A stretch of 64,000 nt of DNA from Rebecca billardiae RCC1528. Lineage: Eukaryota; Protista; Haptophyta. Under the pieces are notes generated by a model. It had not been told where the DNA came from. It did not search any database and was given only the letters and a program-made list of their open reading frames with translations. The stretch spans positions 310,001 to 374,000 of the forward strand of contig OZ251251.1 in the NCBI GenBank assembly GCA_965240325.2, read 5' to 3'. The translations under genes and the position numbers were made by a program. Below, piece by piece: positions 9,186-24,869 of the stretch. The first letter of the stretch is position 1; every line of letters starts with the position of its first letter.

Positions 9186-11293
9186 TCCACTCCACCGCTC
9201 GGCCGCGCGCGCCGCGCCGCGCGCAGCCAGCGCCGACCGCCCCGCCCAGCGCAGCGCAGACCAGCGCAGCGCAGCGCAGCCGCTCCGGGCCCTCCCCCCG
9301 TGTGGCCCCCGTGTGGCCCCCGTGTGGCCCTCCTGCTCCGCCGAGCAGCGCGCGGGCAGCGCCGCCGGCGTGGAGGCGCGCCAGCTGAGCCCGTCGCCTG
9401 CGCCCTCCGCACGCGCGGCGCGGCGCGGCGGGCGCCATCGGCTCCAGTGCGGCCGCTCGCAGCCGCCACTCGCAGCCAGCTCGCGCACGCGCACGGCCGG
9501 TGACGTGGTGTGCGCGCCGAACGTGAGCGGCGCGCAGGGCGGCGGCGGCGGCGGCGGCGGCCGCGCACGCGGAGGGCTCGGTGGGGCGCGCGGGCGGCGG
9601 GGCGTGGCTCGGATCAGCCACCGCCCTGCCGGCGGCCGCAGCGCGTGCGCTGTGCTGCCATCCGCGCGCGCGGCGGCGGGCCCCGCGCCGCGCAGCCCCG
9701 GGGCGCGCGCTCGCTCTGCCGTCTGCGGCGCTCTCCCCACTCGGCCTGCGCTCGCCCGCAGCCCAGCGATGCCCCCAGGCTGCTCCGGCGACGGCGTGGC
9801 GGGTGCCCTGCCGGCGCGACTGCCGTATATTCTCTTTCGATTCTGCGCGTCAGGTCGCGGGCGTGGCTCGGCCGCCATCGTCGCTGTCGCCTGTCGGCGG
9901 GCAGCGTGGACCGCGTGCCCGCCCGGCCGCCCGGCCGCGAGTGCTGCCGAGTGCACCATCAGCCGCTGGCCAAGTTATTGCCATCCCAGACCCAGTGATG
10001 AGGCTGCTGGCCGACTGGCCGTTACATCGGTTGCGGCTAGGGGGGCCAAACCGCCCATTTGAAAAAGAAAATCAAAGCCGCGGCGCATTTTCGCTCCACC
10101 CTCGGCCTTTTGGGGTGGCGCGGAGCCTTTTTCTCGGACCTCGCTCGAAAATCGAGCTCCGACGCCTTCGGGCGCTCAGAGCTCGGTTTCGCTCGAGCAC
10201 GAGCGGCCGGAGGCAGTGGACCGCCGCGCGCTCGCGTCCCATGAGACGCCGAGATGGTCTCGGGCGCGCGCGCGCGTGACGCTGGTGGGCGCTTCTGACC
10301 CTTGCTTTTGCGCCACCAGCGGCTCACCACCCGGTTCTTGGCCACCTCGCGCCGTGCGCGGCGCGCGTCGGCCGGATTGCATTGTCGCGCTGCGTACGCC
10401 CGTCACGCTACCGCTCCTTGTGGCTCAAGATCAACTCGCCCCGGCGAGATCGATACTCGCCCCAAGTGTTCGTGTGTATCCGTGGATGCCCAGCTCGCCT
10501 AACCTGCCCTGCTGGGCCGGAATCGCCGTCAGCAGACCGGCGCGAGCTCGCGCACAACACCTCCACGGAGCCCGCAACTGTCATGTTCCGCTCGTAGGGC
10601 CCGTGTTTGCACCTGCCGTGGCACTTGCGATGGTCAGCACGTTGGGTATGGGTCACACGTGCCCCCAGATGGCGTCGGGGCGCCTCCCATTCGCCTCTCA
10701 GGACGTCGCGGACGTGCTCGCAGGCAGCGGATGGCTCATTCGACAGGTCCGACGTGCACTCGACCGTGCCTGCAAGCGCGCCCCTGTGACGCGCATGCCT
10801 GCAGAAGCAGATGCAGATGGGCCCCCATGCACCCTGGTGCGCCCAAGACCGGCGGGAGCGTCAGAGACCGTCGCAATCTTGACACCTTGCACACGCCGGC
10901 GCTTGCCGTTGGGCCCCGCGCAGCCAGCCAGGAGCACCAAACAGCGCCGGATCAGCCTCTGTAGGCCGAATATCCACCCCAAAGCCCAGAAATAGCGCGG
11001 AACAGGGTAGGGCGTACCTATATGGACCGATCCTATGCAGCCTGGTTTGGTGCAGAGACGCCAGCCACCACCTGGAGCAGGCGTTTGCTGCCGAATCGCA
11101 TGCTCGGCACTGTGCCGCACTGCGACGACGACAGATTTGACCTGCCTCGTAGGTCTCGGCCAGGGAGCGGTGACGGTTGGCTCGAGTGACTTTAAACCTT
11201 GACTATGACCGAGAGTACTCCCGGGCTGAGGACATGGGGCCGGTGCTTTGAGTCCATCATGTCTGCAATACGCCGTACGCATGGCCGTATACA

Positions 11294-13695
11294 TAGGGGG
11301 TCCATCAGATTAAATTGATTTTTGATTTCTTTTCTTTTCCTTTTCAGAACTTGTTCGGCGTGTTTTCGCGATCGGCAGATTCCAAATCCGCGCTCGGCTG
11401 GCCCCGGCGCGGGAGCGGAGCTCTGAACGGGGTCGGCGAGGCTGATGGCCCTCGTCGACGGCCGTCCGCTCGCCGTTGGGCGCGCCCACCTCGGCGCAGG
11501 CGCCTCGCCGAGCGGCTGGGCGGCTGCGGACAGGTAGCCATGCTTCGTGTGGACCGGGCTCTCGCTGGGAGTCGCTGGCCGGTCGACGCTCGTGCTTCAT
11601 GATTTGAATCTGCGTGCTCAACGTGTGCTGCCCGCGACCAAGGAGCGCGTCCTAGGAGCACGTACAGGCGAGCAACGCGGAGACGAACATGCGCAACGCG
11701 GTGGGATAGGCATCGGCAACGACTCGACGCTGTCTCCTTCCCCACCCGACGCTGCCTTCTCGCCCTCGGACGTGCCCGCGACGCCTCTGTCGCAAGGGCC
11801 AGCTACCGCCGACCAACTTGCGGACCGCTGTGCCGGGCATGACGAGGTCCAGGGCGCGGCAGATGATGATGCACGCGTGCCCATGGATGTGTGCGACCCG
11901 CCCGAGGTCCCCGCTGGCACCGCCGAGGGGCTCGCCTCCTCCGCGGACGGCCTCGGCTGTGTGCAACCGTGCAGGCCCGAGCTACGGCCTGACGTCAACG
12001 TCAGCGCGCAGCAGCTCGAGGAGACGGCGGTGGCGGCGCGCGCCATCCACGTGCTGCAGCCCTTGGCCGGTCGGCCCGTGGCCGGCTTTCGCCCGCGGTA
12101 CGCATCGGTGCTCAACTTCATGCTCCTCGACCTCCTCCGCACGCTCATGGACCTCATGCTCGAGAACTTGAAGAAGCACAAGCCGTTGGTCAGAGTGTTC
12201 ACCCCGGCGTGCGCCCAGACCGCGCGCGACGGTGGGACGAAGAAGCCCAATGCGCTCGCGCTCGTCTGCGCGGATGCGCTAGGCATCTCGGCGCGCCACG
12301 ACTCGCCGCTGCTGGAGGTGATCGGCATCTGGCTGATGACCGTGCACAGGTGGTGGAAGGGCAAGAACAAGGACATGGAGCGCATCCTGAGCCGGAAGCA
12401 GGGCGCGTCGGCGGCGGAGAGGAAGGCGGAGCTGGATGCCGACGACACGTCGCTGGGCGCCGGCGACGACAGCTGCCCCTTCCGCGACCTCTACTCGCCC
12501 CCCGACGCCGGCGCGCCGCGCGCGTCCGCAGCAGGCCGCGTGCAGGTGCCGCTGCACGAGCAGCGCGTGACTCCTGCTGAGCACGCGGTCATCTTGGAGC
12601 AGCAGGTGCGCCTGACGGAGCAGCAGGTGGAGCTGGACTCGTCGCGCAAGGCGACCGCGCGCGCCGTCGCCGACGCTGCGCGCGCCAGCTTGCGCGCCGA
12701 CGCAACCGAGCGCAGCGCGCGGGGGGGCACAGATCGCGCTGCGGCCGAGCGGGCTGCCATGGCTGCCGACTGCGTCCAGTTCGAGCGCGAGAGGAGAGCG
12801 GCGGAGCTCGAGGGCGAGCGCGCGGCGAAGCGCGCGCAGTCCGCCGCAGTACCGGTGGACCGGTGACGGCCTCGCGTGGGCTGGGGTACGACGAACGGCG
12901 ACGATGCCGGTGACACAGAGCACGGGCACGGAAGTCGCCGAACGGCCGCGGCAAGCTCCGCGGCGGCGATGACTGCTAGTCTGCGCACGCAAGCGTCGAT
13001 GGCGGAGGACTCCTTCACGACTATGGGGATGGTGGCATGCTCAGAGGTGCGCTTGGTAGTGTGCTTCGGCACGCAGCCCGCCGCCCGCATCAGGTCCGTC
13101 CGGGCCTGCTGCGGGACGGTTTGACGGTGGCCATGAGCCCGCCGTCACTCCGCGCGGCGGCGCGGCCTATTCGGATGACCCAGCACGAATAGTGAACAAG
13201 GTACCCCCATATTGACACCACCCTGAATATATATTTAAAACCCACCCGCATTGTATAATAAACGGGTGGGTAAGTGCATATATATGGGTACATGTCTCTA
13301 ATTAAGTGGGTACGTAACATGCTCGATCTTGGAGTAGTTTTTCACCGACCTCTACGCGCACTCATCGTGCCTACTAAAATTTAGCAAGTCCACCTTAATT
13401 TTGTTGGGGCGGGTTGCAACGGTTATGAATAAGTAAGTCCGACGACATACCGTCATTTAGCCGCCATAACAAGTCGTTGACGTTTGGCTGAATCTGTATG
13501 TGACACAGTGGCGCAGCTGGCGTGCGCGCACGACCGCGCGACGACGCGCGGAGTCGGTTTTGGGTGCTTCTGACGGCTGGGCTGGGTTCCAGGACATAGT
13601 TGTGGGTGCCTCCGCAAGCGCCTCGCTCGTCAGACACCTAAATCGCATGGTTGTCGAAAATCACAATTCAGTGGGCTGCTGTCATGGACCCCCTA
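11294..13695. mobile_element. Nested TIR element 1 (12-bp TIRs)
   Basis: TAGGGGGTCCAT at 11294-11305 and ATGGACCCCCTA at 13684-13695; left flank GTATACA recurs at 13700-13706 after an extra TATA. Confidence 0.8.
11547..12866 (+). CDS. Hypothetical transposon-borne protein (helical domain plus coiled coil), probably a truncated transposon ORF
   Basis: 439-codon ORF with non-low-complexity, coding-like sequence (YASVLNFMLLDLLRTLMDLMLENLKKHK...WLMTVHRWWKGKNKDMERIL), lying wholly inside nested element 1; no DDE motif seen; start uncertain. Confidence 0.45.
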   Translation: MWTGLSLGVAGRSTLVLHDLNLRAQRVLPATKERVLGARTGEQRGDEHAQRGGIGIGNDSTLSPSPPDAAFSPSDVPATPLSQGPATADQLADRCAGHDEVQGAADDDARVPMDVCDPPEVPAGTAEGLASSADGLGCVQPCRPELRPDVNVSAQQLEETAVAARAIHVLQPLAGRPVAGFRPRYASVLNFMLLDLLRTLMDLMLENLKKHKPLVRVFTPACAQTARDGGTKKPNALALVCADALGISARHDSPLLEVIGIWLMTVHRWWKGKNKDMERILSRKQGASAAERKAELDADDTSLGAGDDSCPFRDLYSPPDAGAPRASAAGRVQVPLHEQRVTPAEHAVILEQQVRLTEQQVELDSSRKATARAVADAARASLRADATERSARGGTDRAAAERAAMAADCVQFERERRAAELEGERAAKRAQSAAVPVDR

Positions 13696-13896
13696 TATAG
13701 TATACACAGTCTGAAAACGTATCTCGCAGCTCGAGATCCGACGAGACTGTATTCATCAGCATGGCGGCTATATACACGGTGGGTATGTAACGACCAGTGG
13801 CTTCCGGGAAACTACGTGTTTGACAGCCTGCCAGTACACAGCCTATATCGCATGTTGGGACCTGCTGCTGCTGGGGACTCAGAACAATCTTGCTGA

Positions 13897-15833
13897 TAGC
13901 CTGGTCCAAACGCACTGGAGCACTTTCGGGGATTTTATCGCCAAATGAATGCGGGCCCCTAGGCGCGCGCTCACACCCGGAAACAGCGTAGCAAATGGGC
14001 CCAGCCCGGGCGGAGCAAAAGTTTCGGCCTAAAAATCGCATCCGCGGCCCGTCGTGAGCGTGCGCGCGCGCGCCGCGGACAACTACGGACACATAGAGAA
14101 TCGTCAGTCTGAATGTGGGTAAGTACTTAGCCGAAATGAGCCCAAATGCACGAACTTACTTATTGGCGTACGTCGAGGCGAGCATGAACCTTGGTACAGG
14201 CCATTAGGATGGGCTCTGGTCTGTGCGCAAGTGGCCGTACTCAACTACTGCAAGATCGACTATATTACCCATTTGTACCCGCATAGTATGGGCAATGTAC
14301 CCGCATAAATATGCGTTCTGAGTCTGTATAATTAAATGTCACTATGTCGTTACATATTCGCCATAGGTGGGTAGCTGTCCCAGGCTGCACGATTAGTGCG
14401 GCGCTCGGGGTGCAGTGGTCGGACGAGGCTCCGCCTGGCCTTCCGCGCACTCCTGCAGACAAGAAGAGGGCCGGACTCCCACCCGGCCAGGCGTGCGGCA
14501 GTCGGCCAGGTGCTGGACCTGGTCTGGAGACCATCTCCTGCGTGGCGACTGGCCGATCTGCGGCACAACGCGCGCCGCCGTGAGCCACACGGCAGGTTCG
14601 CAACGGATCCGGATCGCGTGTCCATGGCGGCGTGCATCGAGTCATTCAAGCTGTCAAGTCGCGTGCCACGCCCGCCCTTTCACTTGGGGCATCCGTACTG
14701 CCTACAACGACGACATGTGCGTCCTTAGACGAGGCATAATCGCGGTTCTAGCTGCTCGTCCAAGGGTCAGATCGCACGTCCTTGCTCGCCCGACAGCCTC
14801 AACGGCGGACTGATGTGATCCGCGGGTGACGATGCGACCGCTTCGAGTGCGCCTACGGCCACCACCGGGGTGGGGATCGTTCATGGGCACCCTCCGCGTG
14901 CCATGACATGCTCTGGCCGTGCGTGGTGACTTGACCCACCGCACGTAAACGGGGAAGACACCCGAGCACGTGCTTCCGAGCCACCCGAATGGCACAATGT
15001 GCCACCCATGGACACCAAACACGTGCCAAAGCGCGAGCCTTGCGTGCTGGAGTAGCTGCACGACACCAAGGAAGACGTATGAGCGCTCTCAACCATCTTC
15101 AAGCGACGACTCCGTCGACTCTGCCTCGCAGACCGCGGTACGATCCTTGACCTTGTGCTCGCAGCAAAGGCCACGACGGTAAAGCAGCACCCAGGGGATG
15201 GGAGTCAGCCGGCAGCCACTACAATGTAACTGTACATACCCAGCCCCGCAAGGCGAGCCGTCCTGATCGCCCCCAGCCCGTCATACAGCTCCACGAGAAG
15301 CACAAATCGACTGCCGCCGCCTTGGGCGACCCATGCGCAAACGTGACGGGACTGGCCGGATGAAGCGTTGGCGATGCGCAGCGCGCCCAACGCTGGTGGT
15401 GGCATCGAGTACATGCTAGGGGTAGGCGGTGCCCCATGCGAGCCGTCGCGTGCCGCGCATATTCCCGGAGGTGCCCCTTCTCGAAGGCGCAGCGCAACCC
15501 AGCAGCTGAGCGTTCGACGCGCGCCGTCGGGCGAGAAGTCGACCTGGCGACGGACCGCGGGCGGCGGAAGCAACGCAGACATGTCGCTCAAGGTGTGCAC
15601 GCACACCGCCGGGGCACCCGAACGATGTGTCCAGCACTACACCTGACATGAGGCGGCGCAGTCGTCCAGCCGAGGCTCTCGAGCCCCTTCCGACCTTCGT
15701 CGCGGCGAGCCGTCGGACGGCCGGTGGCGATTTTTGACGAGCGCGACGAGCCACGAGAAAAATCGGGAGGAATGAGGCGCCCAAAATCCGAAAAAGGCTT
15801 TTTCAGTGGCGAAAATCGGGATGGACCAGGCTA
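13897..15833. mobile_element. Nested TIR element 2 (12-bp TIRs)
   Basis: TAGCCTGGTCCA at 13897-13908 and TGGACCAGGCTA at 15822-15833; flanks TTGCTGA and TA-ATGCTGA form an imperfect TSD. Confidence 0.8.
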
Positions 15834-17005
15834 TAATGCTGAGATGCTCTATCAAAGTGAGGTCGACATGGTCTATATGTCACATATATGACATATAAGA
15901 CGGCCGTTACATGCCGTTTCCAATAAGTTCAGGCTCATTCTAATACTAGTAAATATGCTAGCCGTTACGCCCTATATTCAGGGTATGTGCACCTGATATT
16001 TTTACTTGGCTGGCCCAGACCCCTCCAGAGGGCAAATGATCCAGCCCGAAATCAGCGCTAAACACTCGCTAGGACCAGCGCTCGTAGCCGTCAGTCACGT
16101 CACAGTGCCACTTTGGCCCCCCTATTGCGGCACCGCCGGACTCAGGCCCACCGCTGTCACTGTACGTGTCAGTCCGCAGTCGCCGTCGGCGCGCCGCAGC
16201 GCCGATCATCGCGTCATCACGATCATCTGACGATCGATGCTGATCGCGAGTGCGCTATATATGCTGAGACCGGGCCACGAGCACGACTGTCCGATCAATG
16301 TCGTCGCGTCATCGCGATCGATCATCAGACAGCATATATATAGTCTCGTCGTCGCCGTCGGTGGCGCGCACGGGTCTAATTGGCCGACTCAGATCTATAT
16401 ATATATATTAAGGATCACTCCCGCTATAAGGTCTCGGCAGTCGGCACCGGCCGGAGCCGGAGCGGCGCCGCGACCCGGGCCGCGTCGCGGCCGGCACTAT
16501 CGGCCGCCCCGCAGCGTCTCGCACCCATCCGCGCTGCGTCCGCGGGCCCGTCACTGGCGCGCAGCGGATGTGAGCGCAGGCGCCCGCATGCCGGGCGCCT
16601 AGCGTGTGCGGCTGCCGCCGCGCGCCAGAGCACAGCGGCACCGCGGCACAGCCTCCGGCCCCGGCGCTCCGCCCACCGCCATGTCCGTGGCGCCGACCAG
16701 CCTGCCGCCGTCGTGGGCGCGGGCCGGAGGTTCGGGGCCCGGACCCGGTCCGGACCGAGGCGTGCGCCGAAGCACGGCCGCCGTGCGGCGAGCAGCGCCG
16801 GCGCGCTCTCCGGGCGGCGGCCCCCGGCGGCGCGCGCACCCGCCGCCGCGGGCGCGCGCGCGCCGAGTGCGCACGGCCGCGCCCGCGCCGCCGCCGCCGC
16901 CGCCGCGCCCGCGCTCGCTCGCGCCCTGAGTGGTGCAGTGCACCCAGCCAGCCAGCCGCGTTGGCTCCCGGACTCCCAGGGGGGCCTCGTCCGGCCGCCA
17001 AGGCC

Positions 17006-21640
<4,635 letters not shown>

Positions 21641-22011
21641 CACGAGGCGGGACGCGTGCAGCGGCGTGGTGGTGCGGCGGCGCCGCGCGACGAGCGGTCG
21701 GCGAGACGCGCGTCGGTCGTAGTAGCGGGTGCGGGTGCACCGTAGTGCAGCTCGAAAAAGGGCAGCAGTAGGGCGCCTCACTGCGCACCCGGAACAGCAG
21801 TCTGAAGGAGCGAGCGAGTCTGAAGGAGCGCCGAGATCGCCATCTCGAGGCGCCATTGCTGCACTCCAAGCGGCAAGCACGCACGCACGTCTGGGACGGC
21901 CAGGCTCGTCGCTGCGCCGGCCGTCGTCGCCGCCGCCCGCGCCAAAGCCCGCGGCCCCGGGCGCACGCGCGCGCGGTGTGCGCAGCGGCGTCGCCCGCCC
22001 CGCCCGGCGCC

Positions 22012-23484
22012 ATGCTCCTCTCCCCGCCGCGCGCGCCGCGCGCGCCGAGCTGGCGCGAGCTGCGCCGCGCGCTCGCCGAGCGGCTCACGCTCGCCGAGGC
22101 GTCCGGCTCGCTCGGCGACCTCGGCACGTTCATCCCGCTGCTGCTCGGGATGCACGCGCGCGGCGCGGTGGCGTTCGTGCCCGCGCTTTTCTGGACCGGC
22201 GCGTTCAACCTCGTCACCGGCCTCGTCTGGGACATGCCCATGCCCGTGCAGCCGATGAAGACGATCGCCGCCGTCGCGATCACAGACGGCCTCACGGAGA
22301 CCGAGACGATCGCGGCGGGGATGCTGGTGAGCGGCGCGGTGCTGCTGCTCGGGCTGACGCGCGGGATCGGGCTCGTCCACCGCGTCGTGCCCGTCGCCGT
22401 CGTCCGCGGCCTGCAGCTCGGCCTCGGCCTCGCGCTCGTGCGCCGCGCCGCGCCCCTCGTCTTTGCGCCCGGCGCCAGCTGGCTCGACCCGGCCTCGGGC
22501 TGGCTGCTCGGCGTGCTGAGCCTGCTGGGCACGCTGTGCATGCTGCAGCGCGAGGCGACGCCCGCGGCGCTCGTGATCTTCGCGCTCGGCCTCGCCATCG
22601 CGCTCGCGCTCATCCTCGCCGACGTGCCGCCCCCGCCCGCCGCGGACGGCGGCGACGGCGGCGACGGCGCGCCGCCGCGCGCGGCCGAGCTCGCGTTCGC
22701 TTGGACGTCGCCGCTGCGGCTGAGCATCGCGCGGCTGCGCTGGGCGGACGTGGGCTCGGCGGCGTGGAAGGCGGCGCTGCCGCAGCTCCCGCTCACCACG
22801 CTCAACTCCGTCATCTCCGTGTGCAAGCTCGCCGACGACCTCTCGCCCGAGCGCTCGGTCGGCGTGACGCACACGTCGGTCGCCATCTCGGTCGGGCTCT
22901 TGAATCTGATTGGCTGCCCGCTGGGCGGCATGCCGTCGTGCCACGGCGCGGGCGGGCTGGCGGGGCAGTGGCGCTTCGGCGCGCGCACCGGCGCGTCGGT
23001 GGTGCTCCTCGGCGCGGGCAAGATGCTCGTCGCCGTCTTCGCCGGCTCCTTCCTCCTCGTGCTGCTCTCGAGGTTCCCGCCGCCCATCCTCGGCACGATG
23101 CTCACTTTCTCCGGACTCGAGCTGGCGACGGCCGGACTGCGCGGCGCGCCGGACCCGAAGGTGAAGGGCGCGGGGGACGCGGCGCTGGTGACGCTGGCGA
23201 CGGCGGGGTTCACGGTGAGCATGGGCACGGGGATCGGCTGCGTCGCGGGGCTGCTCGTCGCAGCCGTGCACGCCGCGCGCGACGAGCTCGGCGCGCGCTG
23301 GCCGCGCGCGACGACCGCCGGACCCGCCGCGGCCGGCGGCGGCGGCGGTGGCGGCGGCGGCGCGGACGACACGTCGACCTCGCGCTCCTCGTCGGACGGC
23401 GCGGAGGGGGACGCGGGCGGCGCGGCGGCGCCGAGCGTGAGCGCAGGCATGCGCGCCGGCGGCGAGGCGGGGCGGCGCGTGTGA
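22012..23484 (+). CDS. MOT1: Molybdate transporter MOT1/MOT2 family
   Basis: Signatures EASGSLGDLGTFIPLL, PMPVQPMKTIAAVAI, ALPQLPLTTLNSVISVC and GGMPSCHGAGGLAGQWRFGARTG. Confidence 0.93.
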   Translation: MLLSPPRAPRAPSWRELRRALAERLTLAEASGSLGDLGTFIPLLLGMHARGAVAFVPALFWTGAFNLVTGLVWDMPMPVQPMKTIAAVAITDGLTETETIAAGMLVSGAVLLLGLTRGIGLVHRVVPVAVVRGLQLGLGLALVRRAAPLVFAPGASWLDPASGWLLGVLSLLGTLCMLQREATPAALVIFALGLAIALALILADVPPPPAADGGDGGDGAPPRAAELAFAWTSPLRLSIARLRWADVGSAAWKAALPQLPLTTLNSVISVCKLADDLSPERSVGVTHTSVAISVGLLNLIGCPLGGMPSCHGAGGLAGQWRFGARTGASVVLLGAGKMLVAVFAGSFLLVLLSRFPPPILGTMLTFSGLELATAGLRGAPDPKVKGAGDAALVTLATAGFTVSMGTGIGCVAGLLVAAVHAARDELGARWPRATTAGPAAAGGGGGGGGGADDTSTSRSSSDGAEGDAGGAAAPSVSAGMRAGGEAGRRV

Positions 23485-23831
23485 CGTGACTGCCGGCGAG
23501 CCGGCCAGTGGCCGTCCGCCTGGCGGACGTTGTGGTTTTTCCGGGCGAAAGATCTCGAGTCCGGCTCGGGCTGGCGGAGTAGCGCGCGGGTACCGAGATC
23601 CGCCAAAGCGCCAATGAGAAAGCCGCTGGCTCGCAAATTACGTCCGGTCAAAACGGCGGCCGCACGCTGCAGCGCGCGCGCGATTCGCCGAATCCTCGCG
23701 AGTTGCCCGTCGCACATCGTGCGCGCATCGCCGCAGCGCCCGCCCGCGCCGCCCCCGCGAGCGCGCGCGGCCGACCCGGCGTGCGCCACGCCCGCCCGCG
23801 GCACTCGCGCGCGCAGGCACACGTCGCAGCC

Positions 23832-24431
23832 ATGTTCGCGCAGATCCTCGTCTCGGCCCTCGCGTTCAGCGCGCCCGCGCCCAAGGCGCGCGCGTCGTCG
23901 TCGGTGACGATGGCGGCCAAGGGCGGTGGCTTCTCGCCCGAGACGCAGCTGGGCGTGATCCAGCCGACGGGCTTCTGGGATCCGCTGGGCATCTCGGCGG
24001 AGGTGTCGGAGGAGAAGTTCGACTTCTACCGCCAGGCCGAGCTGAAGCACGGCCGCGTCGCGCAGCTCGCGGTCCTCGGGTACATCGCGCCTGAGGTGTA
24101 CCGCTGGCCGGGTGAGATCGCGCCGGGCATCAAGTTCGCGGACATCCCGAACGGCATCGCGGCGGTGAACGCCATCCCGGGGCTCGGCTGGGCGCAGATG
24201 TTCTTCCTCATCGGCGCCGTCGACTACTACGGCTACCTCCAGTTCGAGAGCGGCATCCCGGAGCTCTCGGCCGCCGAGCTCGAGAAGCGCTCGCTGCAGG
24301 AGCTGCAGCACGGCCGGCTCGCGATGCTCGCGTTCCTCGAGCTGCTCCGCCACGACTCTCAGAACCTGGTGCAGCCGGGCTTCGACGGCCTCGACCACAT
24401 GATCACTGGCCTGCCCTTCCTCTACAACTAA
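23832..24431 (+). CDS. Fucoxanthin-chlorophyll light-harvesting protein (a different subfamily from the one at 3362, possibly Lhcq-like)
   Basis: Motifs GFWDPLG, AELKHGRVAQLA and QELQHGRLAMLA; leader MFAQILVSALAF; putative 5'UTR intron 23719-23829. Confidence 0.95.
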   Translation: MFAQILVSALAFSAPAPKARASSSVTMAAKGGGFSPETQLGVIQPTGFWDPLGISAEVSEEKFDFYRQAELKHGRVAQLAVLGYIAPEVYRWPGEIAPGIKFADIPNGIAAVNAIPGLGWAQMFFLIGAVDYYGYLQFESGIPELSAAELEKRSLQELQHGRLAMLAFLELLRHDSQNLVQPGFDGLDHMITGLPFLYN

Positions 24432-24669
24432 GCGGTCGGCGGCCGACCGCCGGCCGGTTACCGGTTACGTCAGGCGCGGGCGGTGCCGTCGACGGTCCGG
24501 TCTGATGATCAGCGGTTGTGGGCGGACGGACCGGAGGCGGTCGAGTGTAGCAGTCGGATGAATAGATATGATGCGCGTGTCATACCGTCCGACGCATCGC
24601 GTCTTGAATGTACATTGATGCAATGTCTCTCATGACGAGAAATCGGACGACGGCGGCGGGCGGGCCCGG

Positions 24670-24775
24670 CTGTGAACAAGTGCAGGGTGTGAACTGTGAT
24701 TCTGTGAAGATGATTGTGTGAACAGTGTACGGTAGTGAACTTGAAACTGTTCATGAGGTGTGAGTGTGAACAGGG
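24670..24775 (+). repeat. Cluster of TGTGAA(C) motifs upstream of the hydrolase gene
   Basis: About 6 copies of (T/A)GTGAA(C) within 105 bp. Confidence 0.5.
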
Positions 24776-24869
24776 ACCCAAGCAGTGGTTCCACCGGCCG
24801 TGTTCGCGCGGCGCGCGCCGCACGGGCACCATCTCCTCCGCCTGGCTTCCAGCTGTGAGCGTCTGAACG

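Larger units (their letters stand above)
10038..16124. mobile_element. Non-autonomous TIR DNA transposon (outer element) with 13-bp TIRs and a perfect 7-bp TSD
   Basis: TAGGGGGGCCAAA at 10038-10050 and TTTGGCCCCCCTA at 16112-16124; TTGCGGC at 10031-10037 and 16125-16131; interior GC is lower than the flanking genes. Confidence 0.9.

Noticed and set aside
8990-9960. Possible gene between the deaminase and the transposon (ORFs 7941-9959 minus and 8887-10062 plus)
   Set aside because: Low-complexity translation with no domain motif and no consistent exon model.
16420-16930. ORFs in the GC-rich stretch 3' of PI4K
   Set aside because: Low complexity with no motif; more likely UTR or intron sequence.
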